Origin: Scyliorhinus canicula
Taxonomy: Eukaryota
Reading direction: 5' to 3'
Length of the DNA: 64,000 nt
Assembly: GCF_902713615.1 (NCBI RefSeq)
Contig: NC_052149.1
Location: 125,677,256-125,741,255 of the forward strand
Shown here: positions 61,206 through 64,000 of the stretch, piece by piece
Numbering within the stretch: position 1 is the first letter of the stretch
Layout of the letters: the number at the start of each line of letters is the position of its first letter
Program-made: the position numbers and the translations under genes
The notes under the pieces: generated by a model
Told to the model about the DNA's origin: nothing
Seen by the model: the letters and a program-made list of their open reading frames with translations, nothing else
Database searches by the model: none

Positions 61206-64000
61206 TCTGTGGTCGTTCCCCTCAGTAACAAGTATACCACTTTGGATACTGTTGAGGAGGACGACCTACCAGGGGTAAGCCACGGTGACCGGATCTCCAG
61301 CACTGAGTCCGTCCCTGTGGCTCAGAAGGGAAGGAGTGAGAGCAGGAGAGCAATAGTTATTGGGGACTCGATAGTTAGAGGGACAGATAGACGGTTCTGT
61401 GGAAACGAAAGAGACTCACGGATGGTATGTTGCCTCCCGGGTGCCAGGGTCCGTGACGTTTCGGACCGTGTTTTCAGAATCCTTCAGGGGGAGGGGGAAC
61501 AGTCACAAGTCGTGGTACCAACAACATAGGTAAAAGAAGGGGCAGGGATTTAAAACAGGAATTTAGGGAGCTAGGATGGAAGCTGAGAGCCAGGACAAAC
61601 CATGTTGTCATCTCTGGTTTGTTGCCGGAGCCACGTGCTAGCGAGGTGAGGAACAGGGAGAGAGTGCAGATAAACACGTGGCTGAAGGGATGGTGTAGAA
61701 CATAGAACATAGAACAGTACAGCACAGAACAGGCCCTTCGGCCCTTGATGTTGTGCCGAGCAATGATCACCCTACTTAAACCCACGTATCCACCCTATAC
61801 CCGTAACCCAACAACACCCCCTTAACCTTACTTTTTAGGACACTACGGGCAATTTAGCATGGCCAATCCACCTAACCCGCACATCTTTGGACTGTGGGAG
61901 GAAACCGGAGCACCCGGAGGAAACCCACGCACACACGGGGAGGACGTGCAGACTCCACACAGACAGTGACCCAGCCGGGAATCGAACCTGGGACCCTGGA
62001 GCTGTGAAGCATTTATGCTAACCACCATGCTACCGTGCTGCCCCTCGTGTAGGAGGGAGGGTTTCAGTTACGTGGATAATTGGAGCACATTCTGGGGAAG
62101 GTGGGACCTCTACAAACAGGACGGTTTGCACCTGAACCAGAGGGGCACCAATATCCTGGGAGGGAAATTTGCTACGGCTCTTCGGGGTGGGGGGGGTTTA
62201 AACTAATTTGTCAGGGGGCTGGGAAAACGAGCGGTAGTCCAGAAGCCAGTGTTGAGAGTAGTGAGGTACTGAGGAGGATATCAAGGTCGCAGGAGTGTAC
62301 CAGCAGACAAGAAGGTGGGTTGAAGTGTGTCTACTTCAATGCAAGGAGCATCTGGAATAAGGTGGGTGAACGTGGAGCGAGGATTGGTACTTGGGACTAC
62401 GATGTTGTGGCCATTACGGAAACATGGTCAGAACAGGGACAGGAATGGTTGTTGGAAGTTCCGGGATACAGATGTTTCAGTCAGAGTAGGGAAGGTGGTA
62501 AAAGAGGTGGAGGAGTAGCATTGTTAATCAAGGATAGTTTAACGGCTGCAGAAAGGCAGTTCGAGGGGGAGCTGCCTACTGAGGTAATATGGGCTGATGT
62601 TAGAAGTAGGAAAGGAGTGGTCACATTGTTAGGGGTTTTCTATAGGCCCCCAAATAGTAATAGAGATGTGGAGGAAAAAATTGGAAAGCAGATTATGGAT
62701 AGGTGTGGAGGTCTCAGGATAGTTGTCATGGGTGACTTTAACTTTCCAAATATTGATTGGAATGTCTATAGGTCGAACAGTTCGGATGGGGCAGTTTTTG
62801 TACAGTGTGTGCAGGAGGGTTTCCTGACACAATATGTGGATAGGCCGACAAGAGGCGGGGCCACATTGGATTTGGTACTGGGTAATGAACTGGGCCAAGT
62901 GTTAGATTTGTTTGTGGGAGAGCACTTTGGAGATAGTGACCACAATTCGGTGTCTTTCACTATTGCAATGGGGAGGGATAGGGCCATACGGCAGGGCAAG
63001 GTTTATAATTGGGGGAGTGGTAATTATGATGCGATTAGGCAAGAATTAGTGATCATAAGATGGGAACAGAAACTGTCAGGGAAAGGCACAAATGAAAAGT
63101 GGAGCTTGTTCAAGGAACAAACTCTGCATGTCCTTGATAGGTATGTCCCTGTCAGGCAGGGAGGAAATGGCCGTGTGAGGGAACCATGGTTCACAAAAGA
63201 GGTTGAATGTCTTGTCAAGAGGAAAATGGAAGCATATGTAAGGATGAGAAAACAAGGTTCAGTTGGGTTGCTTGAGGGTTACAAGGTAGCAAGGAATGAG
63301 CTCAAAAAAGGGCTTAGGAGAGCGAGGAGGGGGCATGAGAAGTCCTTGGCGGGTCGGATCAAGGAAAACACCAAGGCTTTTTACTCTTATGTGAGAAATA
63401 AAAGAATGACCAGGGTGAGTTTAGGGCCGGTCAAGGGCAGTAGTGGGAACTTGTGCATGGAGTCAGAAGAGATAGGAGAGGCGTTGAATGAATACTTTTC
63501 TTCAGTGTTCACCAAGGAGAGGGGCCATGTTTTTGAGGATGAGAGTGTACTGAGGAAGGATGTATTAGCAATTTTGAAAAACCTTAGGGTCGACAAGTCC
63601 CCTGGGCCAGATGGGATATATCCAAGGATTCTTTGGGAGGCAAGGGATGAGATTGCAGAGCCTTTGGCTTTGATCTTTGGGTCCTCACTGTCCACTGGGA
63701 TAGTGCCAGAGGACTGGAGAGTGGCGAATGTTGTTCCTCTGTTCAAGAAAGGGAATAGGAATGACCCTGGTAATTATAGGCCGGTTAGTCTTACTTTGGT
63801 GGTCGGTAAGTTAATGGAAAAGGTCCTGAAGGATAAGATTTATGACCATTTGGAAAGATGCAGCTTAATCCTGGATAGTCAACACGGATTCGTGAAGGGT
63901 AAGTCTTGCCTCACAAATTTGATTGAATTCTTTGAGGAGGTAACTAAGTGTGTAGATGAAGGTAGAGCAGTTTATGTCGTATACATGGATTTCAGTAAGG
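61205..64000 (+). mobile_element. CR1 LINE 5' part (ORF1 esterase, endonuclease, start of RT) running off the window, with an HE1 SINE at ~61700-62045
   Basis: [72 protein letters not shown]. Confidence 0.9.

Noticed and set aside
666-62045. tRNA genes suggested by A/B-box motifs
   Set aside because: All are heads of dispersed SINEs followed by SINE core and tail sequence.

Overview
Vertebrate genomic DNA, almost certainly from a cartilaginous fish (shark-type immunoglobulin sequence plus HE1/V-SINEs, a Deu-SINE and CR1/L2/L1 LINEs). The only gene that can be firmly supported is one complete, unrearranged immunoglobulin kappa (shark type III, NS4-like) light-chain cluster on the minus strand: promoter, leader (28060-28108), V (27576-27873) with a 12-bp-spacer RSS, one J (27015-27049) with a 23-bp-spacer RSS, a 15.2-kb intron filled with nested retroelements, and C (11490-11818) followed by a poly(A) site. 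The rest is decayed mobile DNA (Gypsy, Harbinger, CR1, L1, L2, SINEs, solo LTRs) and many tandem arrays. Most long ORFs in the supplied track are artefacts of these arrays. Points most worth following up: (1) a ~7-kb satellite abutting the V promoter, each unit carrying an E-box and a CSL/Ikaros-type motif; (2) a 199-bp Penelope-type hairpin insertion containing a minimal hammerhead ribozyme; (3) a TSD-flanked, apparently ORF1-only (HAL1-like) element; (4) several minisatellites amplified from transposon coding sequence; (5) a 54-bp array with an uninterrupted ~577-codon frame behind a strong splice acceptor; (6) a TE-free island with a perfect PU.1-IRF composite site. Family names come from recognising motifs by eye, not from a database search. 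TE boundaries are approximate unless a target-site duplication (TSD) is quoted.
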